Positions 43,141-53,984 of a DNA stretch of 64,000 nt are shown here, piece by piece (within the stretch, counting starts at the first letter, position 1; every line of letters begins with the position of its first letter). The notes under the pieces are model-generated. The model searched no databases and was not told the origin of the DNA. It saw nothing but the letters and a program-made list of their open reading frames with translations. Location of the stretch: positions 576,001 through 640,000 of the forward strand of contig CAVOKF010000007.1 in the NCBI GenBank assembly GCA_963696385.1. Reading direction: 5' to 3'. Source of the DNA: an uncultured delta proteobacterium. Lineage in GTDB: Bacteria > Myxococcota_A > Polyangia > Polyangiales > Polyangiaceae. Both the position numbers and the translations under genes were made by a program.

Positions 43141-43569
43141 CTACCGGCTCTCGCTCGCGTCCGATTGGTTCTGAATGCCTTCGCAAACGCTCGACAGCTC
43201 CCGACCCAGCAGCACGAACAGGTCGTCGGCGGTCACGATCCCGACGGTCTGACCTTGGTCGTCCACGACCGGAAGCCGGCGGATGCCGTGCAGGCGCATG
43301 CGCTCGGCGGCCGTCTCGAGGCCTTCGTGAACCGAAACCGTGATGGCGCCGTACGTGACGAAGTCGCCGACGCGCGCCGAGGTCGCGTCAATTCCTTCGG
43401 CCAGCACGCGAACGACGAGGTCGCGGTCGGTGACGATGCCGGCAAGGTGCCCCGACTCCTGGACAATCAGGCACCCGACGCCTCGGTCACGCATGGTGCG
43501 CGCGGCCCCTTCGACGGTTTCTTCGGGAGACACGGTGGCCACTGGAGCCCTGAATCGATCGAGCGACAT
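43141..43569 (-). CDS. CBS-domain protein
   Basis: GIVTDRDL, IRRLPVVD and GIVTADD motifs. Confidence 0.9.
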   Translation of the reverse strand: MSLDRFRAPVATVSPEETVEGAARTMRDRGVGCLIVQESGHLAGIVTDRDLVVRVLAEGIDATSARVGDFVTYGAITVSVHEGLETAAERMRLHGIRRLPVVDDQGQTVGIVTADDLFVLLGRELSSVCEGIQNQSDASESR

Positions 43570-43582
43570 GGGGGGCGCACAC

Positions 43583-43598
43583 TGCAGCCGACATGCCC
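43583..43598 (-). promoter_or_regulatory. Putative sigma54 promoter
   Basis: GGGCATGTCGGCTGCA; ATG 15 nt downstream. Confidence 0.5.
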
Positions 43599-43763
43599 GC
43601 GGCCTGGGTCGCGCAACCGGCCGCTGGGTTTGCGCACTGGCGCAGCACGCCACCCCCGGCCCGGGCCGATGCGGGCTCTGCCGGGGCGCGCATGAATTGC
43701 ACCCTGACCGACCGCGTGACTGGTGAAAAGAGCACGGCGCGGGGTTTGCCCGTTGCACGCGGG

Positions 43764-44816
43764 ATGAGAACCGTCGTCTGCTCGGCCTCTGCTCTGCTTC
43801 TGGCAACCGCCTGTGCCTCGGAGAGGCCGGTGGACGCCGCTGCCATCGGGCCGATCGCACCGCAAGCGGAGGCTAGGGCGCCGGGTCATGCGCTCGTGAC
43901 GCAGGCGACATCCTGCTGGATGGGAGGACTCTGGAGCGATGCGCTCGGCGAGACCGACGAGGCCCGCACGGCCGGAATCGACCGCCGCTGCAATGCGCTG
44001 CTGCACGACATCGATCTCGCGGCAGCGGAACGCGGGCGTGCGCTTGCCGACCGGGTGCCGCCGCCGGCGCCCGAGGAAGCGTATTACCCGCTTCGAGCGG
44101 TGGAGCCGCACATCGTCGACGCCCTGGCGCACAAGGTCGAAGAGAGAGCGGCGCGCGACGCCGAGGAGGCCCCCCACGCGCGCGACCTCGTCGTCCTGCT
44201 TCGCGCGATAGCGGCCGCGGCGCGAGAGACCGTGCAGGCACGACGCGCCGCCGATTTCGTCAAAGACGACATCCGGGCGCAGTCCGGCGCGGCCGAGAAG
44301 ACCGCAGACGAAGCGGCGGCCGCCACCAAACTGGGACGCGGTGAGGGCCTCGACTCGCTCTGGCGTGCCGACGCGGGAGTGTACGCCCACGAGGCCCGGA
44401 GCCTTGCCATCCTGACCGCGCTCGATCGAATGCAGATTGCCCGGGGGCTGCCCAAGGCCCTCAAGATCGAAACAGTGCGCACGGGCTTTGCCGACCTGTT
44501 CGGAGTTTCCGCGCCGGCCGCTTCGAACGACGCCGCCAACGCCCCGCCGGAAGGCACGTGGCTCGCCTATTTGACCGAGGTTGCCGGAGCCGCCGGTCAT
44601 CCGATCCCGACCGACGCGCGCCATCCGCAAAACCGCGAGCCGCTCGCGTGGACGGGCGTCTTGGAAGGCATCGCCGATAGGCTTCGCGCCGATTCGGTCG
44701 TATTCCCTACAGGCACCCCCCTCGGCGATGTCGAGCGCGCCATCGCGATCCGCCTCGACGCGGAGTACGCGGACGAGCGAGCCGCCTACGCGGCCCATGC
44801 GGCGGCGGATCGCTGA
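43764..44816 (+). CDS. Hypothetical helical lipoprotein
   Basis: LATAC lipobox; CGGCGCGGGGTTTGCC motif 15 nt upstream. Confidence 0.65.
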   Translation: MRTVVCSASALLLATACASERPVDAAAIGPIAPQAEARAPGHALVTQATSCWMGGLWSDALGETDEARTAGIDRRCNALLHDIDLAAAERGRALADRVPPPAPEEAYYPLRAVEPHIVDALAHKVEERAARDAEEAPHARDLVVLLRAIAAAARETVQARRAADFVKDDIRAQSGAAEKTADEAAAATKLGRGEGLDSLWRADAGVYAHEARSLAILTALDRMQIARGLPKALKIETVRTGFADLFGVSAPAASNDAANAPPEGTWLAYLTEVAGAAGHPIPTDARHPQNREPLAWTGVLEGIADRLRADSVVFPTGTPLGDVERAIAIRLDAEYADERAAYAAHAAADR

Positions 44817-44909
44817 TGCGGGCACCCACGGACGAGCTGAGAAGCTCTTCTTTAGCCACGACGCGCGAGCTCTTCCGTGGAGAACGCCGGAAGCACGCCC
44901 GCATCGACA

Positions 44910-44925
44910 CGGCACGAGGCTCGCT
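44910..44925 (+). promoter_or_regulatory. Putative sigma54 promoter
   Basis: CGGCACGAGGCTCGCT upstream of the glycine-zipper gene. Confidence 0.5.
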
Positions 44926-44970
44926 TGCACAATGGGGAAGGGTTCCTCAAAACCTTTGGAGGTCGCCGTC

Positions 44971-45357
44971 ATGAGTTCAAAGCGCAAGGACAAGAGCACC
45001 GGAAGCCAAACGGACAAGCACCGCATGGCGCACGAGGCGGAAGGCGCGGCATCCGGAGCGGTCGCCGGAGGCGTGGTTGGAGCGGCCGCGGGCCCGCCCG
45101 GAATGGTGGCGGGCGCCATCATCGGCGGGGTGGCAGGTGCGATTGCCGGCGCCGTGCTCGATCGCGAATCGTCGAGGCAGGCCTCTCACACGCGCGAGCT
45201 CGACGCTCAGATCGGGGTGAGCGAAGGCGACCTTGGAGCGCCCAATCTCGAGCACCCGACCGCCGAGCGTGGCGCCTACTCGAACGCCTCGACCGGGGTG
45301 GAGTCGTCGTCCGCCGAACAGCCGGCGGAGGGGCCGATGCAGACGCCGGAGAGCTAG
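44971..45357 (+). CDS. Small glycine-zipper protein (paralog of 38708-39064)
   Basis: GGAGG RBS; GxxxG repeats; LDRESSRQASHTRELDAQIGVSEGDLGA. Confidence 0.75.
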   Translation: MSSKRKDKSTGSQTDKHRMAHEAEGAASGAVAGGVVGAAAGPPGMVAGAIIGGVAGAIAGAVLDRESSRQASHTRELDAQIGVSEGDLGAPNLEHPTAERGAYSNASTGVESSSAEQPAEGPMQTPES

Positions 45358-45677
45358 AGAGGGCTCGAGAGACGGCGAGGGGGGCGCTGGTCGGAAAGGT
45401 GGGCGGCATGCTGGCCGGCAGGCATGTACGAGTCGTAGAGCCCTCGCGCTTCGTACAGGGGCTTGTGCATACCCTAAGCCTAAGCGCCGCCGCGGGCGAC
45501 GAGGAGATCGTTGTACAGCGCACCCGCTTGGGCCGCGGTGGAGCGTGACGCCCGAGTTCGAGGGGCAGGATCCGTAAGACGCAGAATCTGCAGCTCAGCG
45601 TAATGTTGGCCAGCGGACCGATCCGTGCACCAATCATCCTCCCGCGCCTGCTGTCGAGCCTGTAAGCTTCCCGCCGG

Positions 45678-47240
45678 ATGTTGCCCGACGATCTGCTGCA
45701 CCCCGAAGCATGGCCGCAGCCGGCCCCACCGAGTGTCAAGCTGATTGAGACTCATGTGTCGTGGGTGTTTGTGGGTGGCCGCCAGGTCATCAAGATCAAA
45801 AAGCCCGTGGCGCTGGGGTTCGTGGACTTTCGGTCGGTGGAACGCCGACGGGTGGCTTGCGAGGACGAGGTCCGGCTCAACACCCGCCTGGCGCCGGGCG
45901 TCTATCTGGGGGTGCTTCCCATCGTCCGAGACCCGGGCGGGCAGATCTCCATCGCGGGAGACGGCGAGATCGTCGATTGGGCCGTGCACATGCGGCGTCT
46001 CGATGACGATACGCGCGCGGACGTATTGCTTGGACGAGGGGCACTCACCCACGACCACATCAACTCCGTGGCACGCGCCATCGCCGATCTCCACCGGCAG
46101 TCGGCGGTGAGCGAAACCACCGCGGCGCGTTGGGCGTCGGTATCGGCGATCGAAAGGAACGTGCTGGAAAACTTCGGCCAAACCGCCAAGCTGTCGTCCG
46201 CGTACATGGAGGATCGGGCCGCCGATGAGATCGAGCAGGCGCAGGTGAAGTTCGTGGCCGAGCACGAGTCGCTGATCTCGGCGCGCGTTCGGGCCGGCCG
46301 GATTCGCGACGGACACGGCGATCTTCGGCTCGAACACATTTATTTCGACAGCGAAGGTCTGCGGATCATCGACTGCGTCGAGTTCGACGAGCGGTACCGC
46401 GTCGAGGACGTGTGCTCGGATGTGGCCTTTCTATCGATGGACCTCGCGGGTCAGAACCGGGTCGATTTGGCCGAGTGGCTGCTCGCCCGCTACGCGCGCC
46501 TGTCGGGCGATTACGATCTGTACGCCCTCGTGGACTTCTACGAGGGATACCGCGCATGGGTACGCGCAAAGGTCTCGGCCTTGCTCGCGGCGGACGCCGG
46601 AGTCGACGAGGGCACTCGCATGCGCGCCGCGCGCGAGGCTCGCCGTCATTTTCTTCTCGCGCTCGCCTGCACTCGGCCGCCCCTGGTCGCACCGCAGCTC
46701 GTTTGCGTGTGCGGCGTGATCGGTTCGGGCAAGAGCAGCATCGCCGACGCGCTGTCAAGAGAGCTGTCGTGGCCGGTGGTCGACAGCGATCGAACCCGAA
46801 AGCAGCTGCTCGGCGTGGAAGAAACGCGGCCGCTGACCGATCCCTTGTGGAGCGGCGCCTACAGCCCAGACGTCACGGCGCAGGTCTACACAGAGACGTT
46901 CCGCCGGGCCTCCGTCGTGCTGGCGTCGAAACGCCCGGTCATCGTCGACGCGTCGTTTCGGTCGAGCGCGACCCGGCGCAGCGCGCGCGAGCTCGCCCAT
47001 GCCCACGGCGTTCCGTTCGTGCTGCTCGAGTGCCAGGCTCCTGCCGAAGTCTGTCGCGCCCGGCTGAGCCGTCGACCCCCGGGTGCGAGCGACGGGCGCC
47101 CGGCCATGTTCGAACCCTTCGCCGCGTCGTTCGAGCCGATCCGGGAGCTCGCTCCCGCCGAACACGTGGTCGTGGACACGACCGAGACCTTGGAACACAC
47201 GCTCGACATGCTGCGCAGTCGACTGCGCGGCGCTTCGTGA
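45678..47240 (+). CDS. Aminoglycoside-phosphotransferase-like + AAA_33 kinase fusion (Rv2004c-like)
   Basis: ETHVSWV, KIKKPV, GHGDLRLEHI, IDCVEF and GVIGSGKSS motifs. Confidence 0.88.
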   Translation: MLPDDLLHPEAWPQPAPPSVKLIETHVSWVFVGGRQVIKIKKPVALGFVDFRSVERRRVACEDEVRLNTRLAPGVYLGVLPIVRDPGGQISIAGDGEIVDWAVHMRRLDDDTRADVLLGRGALTHDHINSVARAIADLHRQSAVSETTAARWASVSAIERNVLENFGQTAKLSSAYMEDRAADEIEQAQVKFVAEHESLISARVRAGRIRDGHGDLRLEHIYFDSEGLRIIDCVEFDERYRVEDVCSDVAFLSMDLAGQNRVDLAEWLLARYARLSGDYDLYALVDFYEGYRAWVRAKVSALLAADAGVDEGTRMRAAREARRHFLLALACTRPPLVAPQLVCVCGVIGSGKSSIADALSRELSWPVVDSDRTRKQLLGVEETRPLTDPLWSGAYSPDVTAQVYTETFRRASVVLASKRPVIVDASFRSSATRRSARELAHAHGVPFVLLECQAPAEVCRARLSRRPPGASDGRPAMFEPFAASFEPIRELAPAEHVVVDTTETLEHTLDMLRSRLRGAS

Positions 47241-47256
47241 CCGGGCTCGATCGGTC

Positions 47257-48400
47257 CTACGCCGATCGCGGGCCGTCGACCCAGTGGACCACGAAGACGG
47301 CGCCAGGGGCCGCGTCCTCGACCCCAATCGAATCCGCCGTGAGCCTCGACCGCGAGCTTGCAGAACGCGAGCCCCAGCCCGTGACCGGTCCGAGCCGTCC
47401 GCCCATCGTCGGCCTCGAGCCGTACGAACGGGTCGAAGATGCTCTCGCGCATCTTGGCAGGAACGCCGACTCCCGCATCCGTCACTCGAATCTCGGTCGC
47501 GCCGGCTTGCTGCCCGCTCGTTACACGGACGACGGAGCCCCTCGGCGCGTGGCGAATGGCGTTCTCGATGAGGTTGGCGAGCGTGCGGCGGAGCAGATCC
47601 TCATCGGCGCGAACGCGACCGATGCCGAGCTCCAGGTCGATCCTCACGTGCCGCTCGGCGGCCGCGCCCTCGAGCTCCCCGCTCACGCGCTCCAAAAGGG
47701 CCGCGAGATCGATGTCCGATCTCTTTGCGACCAGCTTGCCCTCGTCGGCTTTGCTGATGTCGAGCAGGTTGAGAATCATCCGGTTGAGCTGGCGCGCCGA
47801 GCTGCGGATTTGCGCAGCGGACTGCCGGGCCCCGTCGCGCAGGGTGGGGTCTCGCAGCAGGACCTGGGCATGCAAATCCATCGCGTTAACGTGATTTTTG
47901 AGGTCATGGACGACGAAAGCCATGAGCCGCTCTTTTTGCAGCTGCAGCCGCAGCAGGTCGTCGCGCTGGTGCTTGATGAGATCGAAGTGCTCGCGCAGTT
48001 CGGCCCCCATTCGGCGCAGTTTCAAGACCGTCTGCACACGTGCGATGAGCTCCGCCGGTCGAACGGGCTTGGTCAGGAAATCGTCCCCACCCGCCCGCAA
48101 CGCGCGATCGAAGGTGTCCACGTCGCGCAATGCCGTAAGAAAGAGCACGGGGATCGTCGCGCCCTCGGGACGCGCGCGGATCTGCTCGCACACCGCGAAG
48201 CCGTCGACCTCGGGCATTCGCACGTCCAACACGACACAATCGGGGCGCTCTCGATCGAACGCCGCGATCCCCTCGGCGCCTCCGGTCGCGGTCGCGACCC
48301 GATACCCCTCGTCCTCGAGCGTGTGCCGAGCCAGCAGGCGATTCGCCTCGTTGTCGTCGACGACCAGGATCAGCGCCGGTGGATTCGGGGCAGTCGGCAT
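47257..48400 (-). CDS. REC-HisKA-HATPase hybrid kinase; +1 frameshift at ~47331
   Basis: REC, VHDLKN, NAIRH and GLGLAFC motifs; removing one base gives HGGSIGVEDAAPGAVF, stop 47257, and removes a 355-bp overlap. Confidence 0.88.
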
Positions 48401-48600
48401 GGGACGGGGGACAGGTGCAGGCCATCGGGCGCGCGATCCGGCTGCACCGGCGCCGGAGTGGCAGGCTGCCGGGACCGCTGCTCGACGTCAAGGGCTGCAC
48501 CGGGAAAGGCTCCCTTCGAACGACCCGCCTCGGCGGCAAGGTTTGTCCCTCTCGGCCCCTTTGGACACCCCGACCGCGAAGGGCCCGACTGCCCTTCGAA

Positions 48601-49338
48601 TTAGGTTCGATGATTGGGACAGCACGCGTGCCCGGTCGGCCACCCGGCGTCCGCCCAGGCTTGGCCCACGTGCACGATCTGCAGCAGACCCAAGGCGACC
48701 ATGGCCATACCCGCGGCCACGCGCACCATCCGGAGGCGAGCCATGCGTGCGATGGCCGCGCCGGCGGAGCCCATGGCCATGAGCATGGGCAACGTGCCCA
48801 GTCCAAAGGCCGCCATCGTCGCTGCCCCCCCGAGCGCCGAGCCGCTGGTCACGGCGGCCGCCAACGCCGCGTACACGAGCCCGCACGGCATCCATCCCCA
48901 CACGAGGCCGAGCGCCCACGCCGACAGAGGGTGCCGAATCGGCACGAGGCGCTGGGCAGCCGGGGCGATGCCGCGCCAAATCGGCGCCGCCGCCCGTTCC
49001 ACCCAGCGAAGGGCGCGAGACACCCCGGCGATGTACAAGCCGACGGCCAACATCATCAGAGCGGCGGCGAGACGCAGGGTCAATTCGGCGTGCCAGAGCA
49101 ACCCGAGAGCCGCCAAAGACGAACCGAGGCCCCCGGCCGCCGCGCCCGCCGCGGCATAGGATGAAATGCGGCCCGCGTTGTAGGTCAAGAGGTAAGGTAG
49201 CTGAGCGGCCAGTCGCCGCCGCCGCGCCAAGGGCAGCGCGGAGCAGGTCATCGCGACGACGCCGCCGCACATCACGACGCAATGCGTGCTGCCGAGCAGG
49301 CCCATGACCAGAGCCGAGGCGAGGAGCACCGCGCTCAT
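48601..49338 (-). CDS. DsbD_2/TauE-family membrane protein (cbb3 assembly associated)
   Basis: HCVVMCGG, YNAGRISSY, PCGLVY and FGLGTLP motifs. Confidence 0.88.
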   Translation of the reverse strand: MSAVLLASALVMGLLGSTHCVVMCGGVVAMTCSALPLARRRRLAAQLPYLLTYNAGRISSYAAAGAAAGGLGSSLAALGLLWHAELTLRLAAALMMLAVGLYIAGVSRALRWVERAAAPIWRGIAPAAQRLVPIRHPLSAWALGLVWGWMPCGLVYAALAAAVTSGSALGGAATMAAFGLGTLPMLMAMGSAGAAIARMARLRMVRVAAGMAMVALGLLQIVHVGQAWADAGWPTGHACCPNHRT

Positions 49339-50729
49339 CGCGACGGCCCGAGGAACATCCCGCTCACGACGACGGGACGACCGGACCCGTCGTCTCGCGA
49401 GATGCGAATGCGAAACGGAAGGTCCGATCGAAATCGGTCGCGCGAAACGGACAGGAAAACCGGGATTCGCACGTTGGACAGCGACGAAACAAGAGGCGCG
49501 GGAATCGAGACGAGCGCGCGCATCGCGTCATCGGCTTGGACGTCGATGCGGTAGCGTTGCTCGATCGCGCGCTTGTTGACCAGGTGCAGCTGCACCGCTT
49601 CGCGCACCTCGCCGCCTTCGACGACGAACGGCTCACCGGGCAAGCGCAAGAGCGTGGCTTCGAAGTCGTTGCGGCCGCGAACCGCCACGAGCGCGACGAC
49701 CGCACCCAACACGAGCAGCGCCGCATAAAAGACCAGGCGCGGGCGCACGAACCTTCGGCGACGGCCGGCGAGTCCCTCTTCCGAGTCGTAGCGGATGAGA
49801 CCCCGCGGGCGTCCGAGCCTATCCATGACGTCGTCGCACGCGTCGATGCACGCCGTGCACGCCACGCACTCGAGCTGAGTGCCATTTCGAATGTCGATGC
49901 CGGTCGGGCACACCACGACGCAGCGCTTGCAGTCGACGCAATCGCCGGCGCCCGCGGTCGCCTTCTTGCCGCGCGGCTCGCCCCGCCGTCTGTCGTAGCC
50001 GATGACCCACGAGTGCTTGTCGAGCAGCGCCGACTGCAATCGCCCGTACGGACACAGAACGACGCAAAGCTGCTCTCGAAACCACGCGAAGTTCAAGTAG
50101 AAGACCGTGCTCATGGCCAGCACCCACCCGAAGGCTTCGGGGTGCGCGGAGGGCCTCTGGCGCACCATACGGAGGGTCGCCGGAAGCGACGCAAAGTAGC
50201 TCAGAAAGATGTGAGCCACGATCACCGCGCATAGCGCGTAGAGCGCGTGGGTCGCCGTCTTTCGCGCGACCTTACCCGCGTTCCACGGCCCGCGGTTGCG
50301 GCGAATTCGCTTCTCGCGCGGTCCCTCGACCCAGCGCTCCACACGCCGAAAGATCCCCTCGAGAAACACGGTCTGGGGGCATGCCCATCCACACCAGACT
50401 CGGCCGGCCACGGCCGTGGCCACCACGAGAGCGAACCCAATGCCTGTCAGCAAGAAAAACAGCAGCCACGTGTCCTGCGCATTGAACGTCGTGCCGAATA
50501 GATAGAGAGCGCGCGCATCGACATCGACGAACAGGGCCGGATGCCCGCCGACCCGAAGCCAGGGCAGCACCGCCCACAACGCGATGAGCGCGGCGTACAC
50601 CAGGCTCCGGGCGCGCTGAAATCGTCCGTGCACGTCGGCCGGTTGAATGGCATGACGCCGGCCGTCCGAAGGCAGCGAGTCGGAGGGCCAATCGCGAGCG
50701 TTGGCGAGCGGCAGAGGCGTCCGGCTCAT
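49335..50729 (-). CDS. ccoG: cbb3 oxidase accessory protein / copper reductase
   Basis: GRVWCGWACPQTVF, CPYGRLQ, CVDCKRCVVVCPTGIDIR and CVACTACIDAC motifs. Confidence 0.95.
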   Translation of the reverse strand: MSRTPLPLANARDWPSDSLPSDGRRHAIQPADVHGRFQRARSLVYAALIALWAVLPWLRVGGHPALFVDVDARALYLFGTTFNAQDTWLLFFLLTGIGFALVVATAVAGRVWCGWACPQTVFLEGIFRRVERWVEGPREKRIRRNRGPWNAGKVARKTATHALYALCAVIVAHIFLSYFASLPATLRMVRQRPSAHPEAFGWVLAMSTVFYLNFAWFREQLCVVLCPYGRLQSALLDKHSWVIGYDRRRGEPRGKKATAGAGDCVDCKRCVVVCPTGIDIRNGTQLECVACTACIDACDDVMDRLGRPRGLIRYDSEEGLAGRRRRFVRPRLVFYAALLVLGAVVALVAVRGRNDFEATLLRLPGEPFVVEGGEVREAVQLHLVNKRAIEQRYRIDVQADDAMRALVSIPAPLVSSLSNVRIPVFLSVSRDRFRSDLPFRIRISRDDGSGRPVVVSGMFLGPSR

Positions 50730-51295
50730 GGGACCGCAAGCTCGCCTTGCGGCGCCTTGCCGCCCGGCGCGTTCGTGTCCTTGATGGACAACACGAACGC
50801 GACGACGGATTCCACTCGATCGTCGCCGAGCTGCGGGCCCCAAGCAGGCATGCCCTTGTTCGGAACGCCCCCGGACACCGTCCGGAACAGGTCCATGGGG
50901 CGGCTGCCGTGCAGCCAATAGGCGTCGGTCAAGTTGGGGCCGATGTTGCCGCCCCCATCGGCCCGATGGCAGGGAGCGCACGTGCTCGTGAAAGTCTCCC
51001 TCCCCTTGGCCAGAGTGGCCGGATCTTTGGACAGCGTGACGAGAAGCGCGTCATCAATCGTGCCGCGCGATCGGGCGCGCTCGGCGTCGGCCGCCCGCTC
51101 GGCCGCGATCTCCTTCGCATAGGCCTGCAGAGGCGTTTCGATCGCGTCCAACCGTCGGCCAAACCAGTAGACGAGTGCGAATACCACGGCGCCGTACAGC
51201 GTGAGCTGCCACCAGAGCGGCAGCTTGTTGTCGTGTTCGACGATGTCGTCGTAGACGTGAACCCGCTCGCGAGCGGAGGAGTCAGTGTCGCTCAC
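50726..51295 (-). CDS. ccoP: cbb3 oxidase subunit III (short, mono-heme)
   Basis: YDDIVEHDNKLPLWW; single CAPCH; GPNLTD; MPAW. Confidence 0.88.
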   Translation of the reverse strand: MSDTDSSARERVHVYDDIVEHDNKLPLWWQLTLYGAVVFALVYWFGRRLDAIETPLQAYAKEIAAERAADAERARSRGTIDDALLVTLSKDPATLAKGRETFTSTCAPCHRADGGGNIGPNLTDAYWLHGSRPMDLFRTVSGGVPNKGMPAWGPQLGDDRVESVVAFVLSIKDTNAPGGKAPQGELAVP

Positions 51296-51458
51296 GGCGA
51301 ACCTCGCCTTCGAGGGGCATCCGTGCCGCATCCGCCATTTCATCGGCGGACCTCGTCAGCACGCGCACGGCGGCGACGACCCAGATGCCGAGAAAACCAA
51401 ACATGGCGAACAGCGGCAAGAGGAGCAATGGAGAATGCTGCAGGAGCTCGTTGTGCAT
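51282..51458 (-). CDS. ccoQ: cbb3 oxidase subunit IV-like
   Basis: 58 aa, one TM helix, AARMPLE tail, between ccoNO and ccoP. Confidence 0.7.
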   Translation of the reverse strand: MHNELLQHSPLLLLPLFAMFGFLGIWVVAAVRVLTRSADEMADAARMPLEGEVRRERH

Positions 51459-51480
51459 GAGAGTCCTTTGGGGTCGGTTC

Positions 51481-53844
51481 TTACTTTGCGACGGACACGG
51501 CGGCGCCCGGCCCTCGCAACGGTTGGGGGTGGACGCCGAGCCGCTGCAAGTACGCGATGAGCGCGACGATCTCGGACTTCGGATCGACGTTGGCGGCGCC
51601 GTCGTCCTGCAGGTTCTTTGCAATGTCCCGACCTTGCGCCTCGGCATCGGCACGCGCGTCCGCGAGATCCTGGGCGCCGTAGGGAACGCCGACCGATCGC
51701 ATCGCGCGCATCTTGGTCTCGGTCCGCGCCAGATCGACTTCATCGGTCGCGAGCACGGGGAAGGGCGGCATGTTGGACCCGGGCGAGATCGCGCGCGGGT
51801 CCACCAAGTGCCGATAGTGCCAGAGGCTCGGATACTTGCCGCCCTCGCGTGCCAGATCGGGTCCGGTGCGCTTGGATCCCCACTGGAACGGGTGGTCGTA
51901 GGTGGACTCGGCCAACGTCGAGGGATCGCCGTAGCGGCGGGTCTCGAACGCGAAGGGCCGAATCATCTGCGAGTGGCACGTGTAGCACCCCTCTCGCACG
52001 TACACGTCCCGGCCTTCGAGCTCGAGAGCCCGATAGGGCTTGGTCTCGGCCGCGACGGCCGCGTCGCTCGGAGTGGCGAGCAAGGACGGCACGAGCTCTG
52101 CGATCCCGCCGGCGAGCACGGCGATCACCGCAAAGGACGTGAAGTAGAGCGCCCGCCCTTCCAGGATCCGGTGCCACTGCGGCTTGTTGCGGTCCACGGC
52201 CAGCCGGATCGCGATCACCCCGAGGATGGCCGTCACGACCGCAACCGTTGCCAACAGGATGCTGGCCTCGTTGTTCACGACGGCCATCGACCCCGCGAGA
52301 ACCGCCACGATCGTGATGAGAATCACCGGCTTGCCGAAAAGAACCTCTTCCCAAGGGGCCTCGGGGACCCGGGAGCGGGCCACGGTCACCGTGACCTCGC
52401 CGTCGACGGCGTGGCCCGCGAGAGCGGTGCGGGCCAGATTGTAGGCCATCGCGATCATGCCGATGAGGTACATCGATCCGCCGGTCAGCCGCATCCAGTA
52501 CATCGGGCGAATCGCGTCGATCGTCTCGACGAAGTTGGGGTACGTGAGCGCACCTTGCGCGTCGGTCGCACGCCACATCAGACCCTGGGTGATTCCGCTC
52601 ACCCACATCGACACGACGTACAGCAGAATGCCGAACGTGCCGATCCAAAAGTGCGCGTCCGCGAGCCTTCTCGACCAGAGCTCGCGGCCGTACAGGCGCG
52701 GCACCATCCAGTAGAACATCCCGGCCGCCATGAAGCCGTTCCACCCAAGCGCGCCGCTGTGCACGTGACCGATGATCCAATCGGTGTAATGGGCCAGACC
52801 GTTCACCGCCTTGATCGACAGGAGAGGTCCCTCGAAGGTCGCCATGCCGTAGAAGGTCACCGCCGCCGCCATGAACTTGAGAACGGGGTCTGTGCGGACC
52901 TTGTCCCAGGCTCCCCGGAGCGTCAAAAGGCCGTTGAGCATTCCGCCCCAGCTCGGCGCCCAAAGCATCACGCTGAACACCATTCCGAGCGTCTGGGCCC
53001 AGTCGGGCAGCGCCGTGTTGAGAAGGTGATGGGGCCCGGCCCAGATGTACACGAAGATGAGCGACCAAAAATGAATGACGCTCAACCGATAGGAGTACAC
53101 GGGCCGGTTGGCCGCCTTCGGCAGGAAGTAGTACATGATACCGAGCACGGGCGTCGTGAGGAAAAACGCGACCGCGTTGTGCCCGTACCACCACTGGACC
53201 AGAGCGTCCTGGGCCCCACCGTAAATGGAATAGCTCTTGAAACCGGAAACGGGGACCGACAGCGAATTGACGACGTGCAAGACGGCGACGGTCACGATGG
53301 TGGCGATGTAAAACCAGATCGCCACGTACAAATGCTTCTCGGCGCGGCGCGCCAGGGTCCAGAAGAACTGGATGGCAAACACGATCCACACCACGGCTAT
53401 CGCGATGTCGATCGGCCACTCGAGCTCCGCGTACTCCTTGCCCTGCGTCAGCCCGAGCGGCAGGGTGATCGCCGCGGCGACGATGATGAGCTGCCACCCC
53501 CAGAAGTGAACCTTGGCCAACAGATCGCTCGGGAGCCTGGCTTTGACCAGCCGCTGGGTCGAGTAGTAGATGCCCGCGAAGATCATGTTGCCGACGAAGG
53601 CGAAGATCACCGCGTTCGTATGCAGCGGTCTCAAGCGCCCGTACGTGAGGTAGGGGGGCAGATTGGCCTGCCAGAACGCGAGCTGGAGTGCGATGGTCGC
53701 TCCGACCAGCATTCCGACGAGGCCCCAGATCACCGAGGCGGCGACGAACCAGCGGGCGATCGAGTCGTTGTAGACGATGCGCCGCGTTTCGAACTCGACC
53801 GGATGGCCGGGAGGCGTGGATTCAACCGTCACCGGTACGCTCAT
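51481..53844 (-). CDS. ccoN: Fused cbb3 oxidase subunits I/II (CcoNO)
   Basis: [20 protein letters not shown] and GHVH motifs, then [13 protein letters not shown] and [10 protein letters not shown]. Confidence 0.96.
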   Translation of the reverse strand: MSVPVTVESTPPGHPVEFETRRIVYNDSIARWFVAASVIWGLVGMLVGATIALQLAFWQANLPPYLTYGRLRPLHTNAVIFAFVGNMIFAGIYYSTQRLVKARLPSDLLAKVHFWGWQLIIVAAAITLPLGLTQGKEYAELEWPIDIAIAVVWIVFAIQFFWTLARRAEKHLYVAIWFYIATIVTVAVLHVVNSLSVPVSGFKSYSIYGGAQDALVQWWYGHNAVAFFLTTPVLGIMYYFLPKAANRPVYSYRLSVIHFWSLIFVYIWAGPHHLLNTALPDWAQTLGMVFSVMLWAPSWGGMLNGLLTLRGAWDKVRTDPVLKFMAAAVTFYGMATFEGPLLSIKAVNGLAHYTDWIIGHVHSGALGWNGFMAAGMFYWMVPRLYGRELWSRRLADAHFWIGTFGILLYVVSMWVSGITQGLMWRATDAQGALTYPNFVETIDAIRPMYWMRLTGGSMYLIGMIAMAYNLARTALAGHAVDGEVTVTVARSRVPEAPWEEVLFGKPVILITIVAVLAGSMAVVNNEASILLATVAVVTAILGVIAIRLAVDRNKPQWHRILEGRALYFTSFAVIAVLAGGIAELVPSLLATPSDAAVAAETKPYRALELEGRDVYVREGCYTCHSQMIRPFAFETRRYGDPSTLAESTYDHPFQWGSKRTGPDLAREGGKYPSLWHYRHLVDPRAISPGSNMPPFPVLATDEVDLARTETKMRAMRSVGVPYGAQDLADARADAEAQGRDIAKNLQDDGAANVDPKSEIVALIAYLQRLGVHPQPLRGPGAAVSVAK

Positions 53845-53984
53845 TTCTTCTCGTCCTCCAGGGGCAACAACGCGAGTCGGTCGGCATGATCGAAGTCGCG
53901 CTGGCGGCAGGTGAACGCGAAGAGCAGCACCGAACCAACGACGAGCATCAGGCTGACGAACACTTGTAGGGTCACGACTTCCAC
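53841..53984 (-). CDS. ccoS: cbb3 oxidase maturation protein
   Basis: 47 aa TM helix plus [17 protein letters not shown]; overlaps both neighbours. Confidence 0.75.
   Translation of the reverse strand: MEVVTLQVFVSLMLVVGSVLLFAFTCRQRDFDHADRLALLPLEDEKK

Noticed and set aside
51385..53889. 834-aa plus-strand ORF and similar long ORFs (8686-10614, 46412-48604, 15004-16848)
   Set aside because: Antisense shadows of clear genes, expected at high GC3; no motifs
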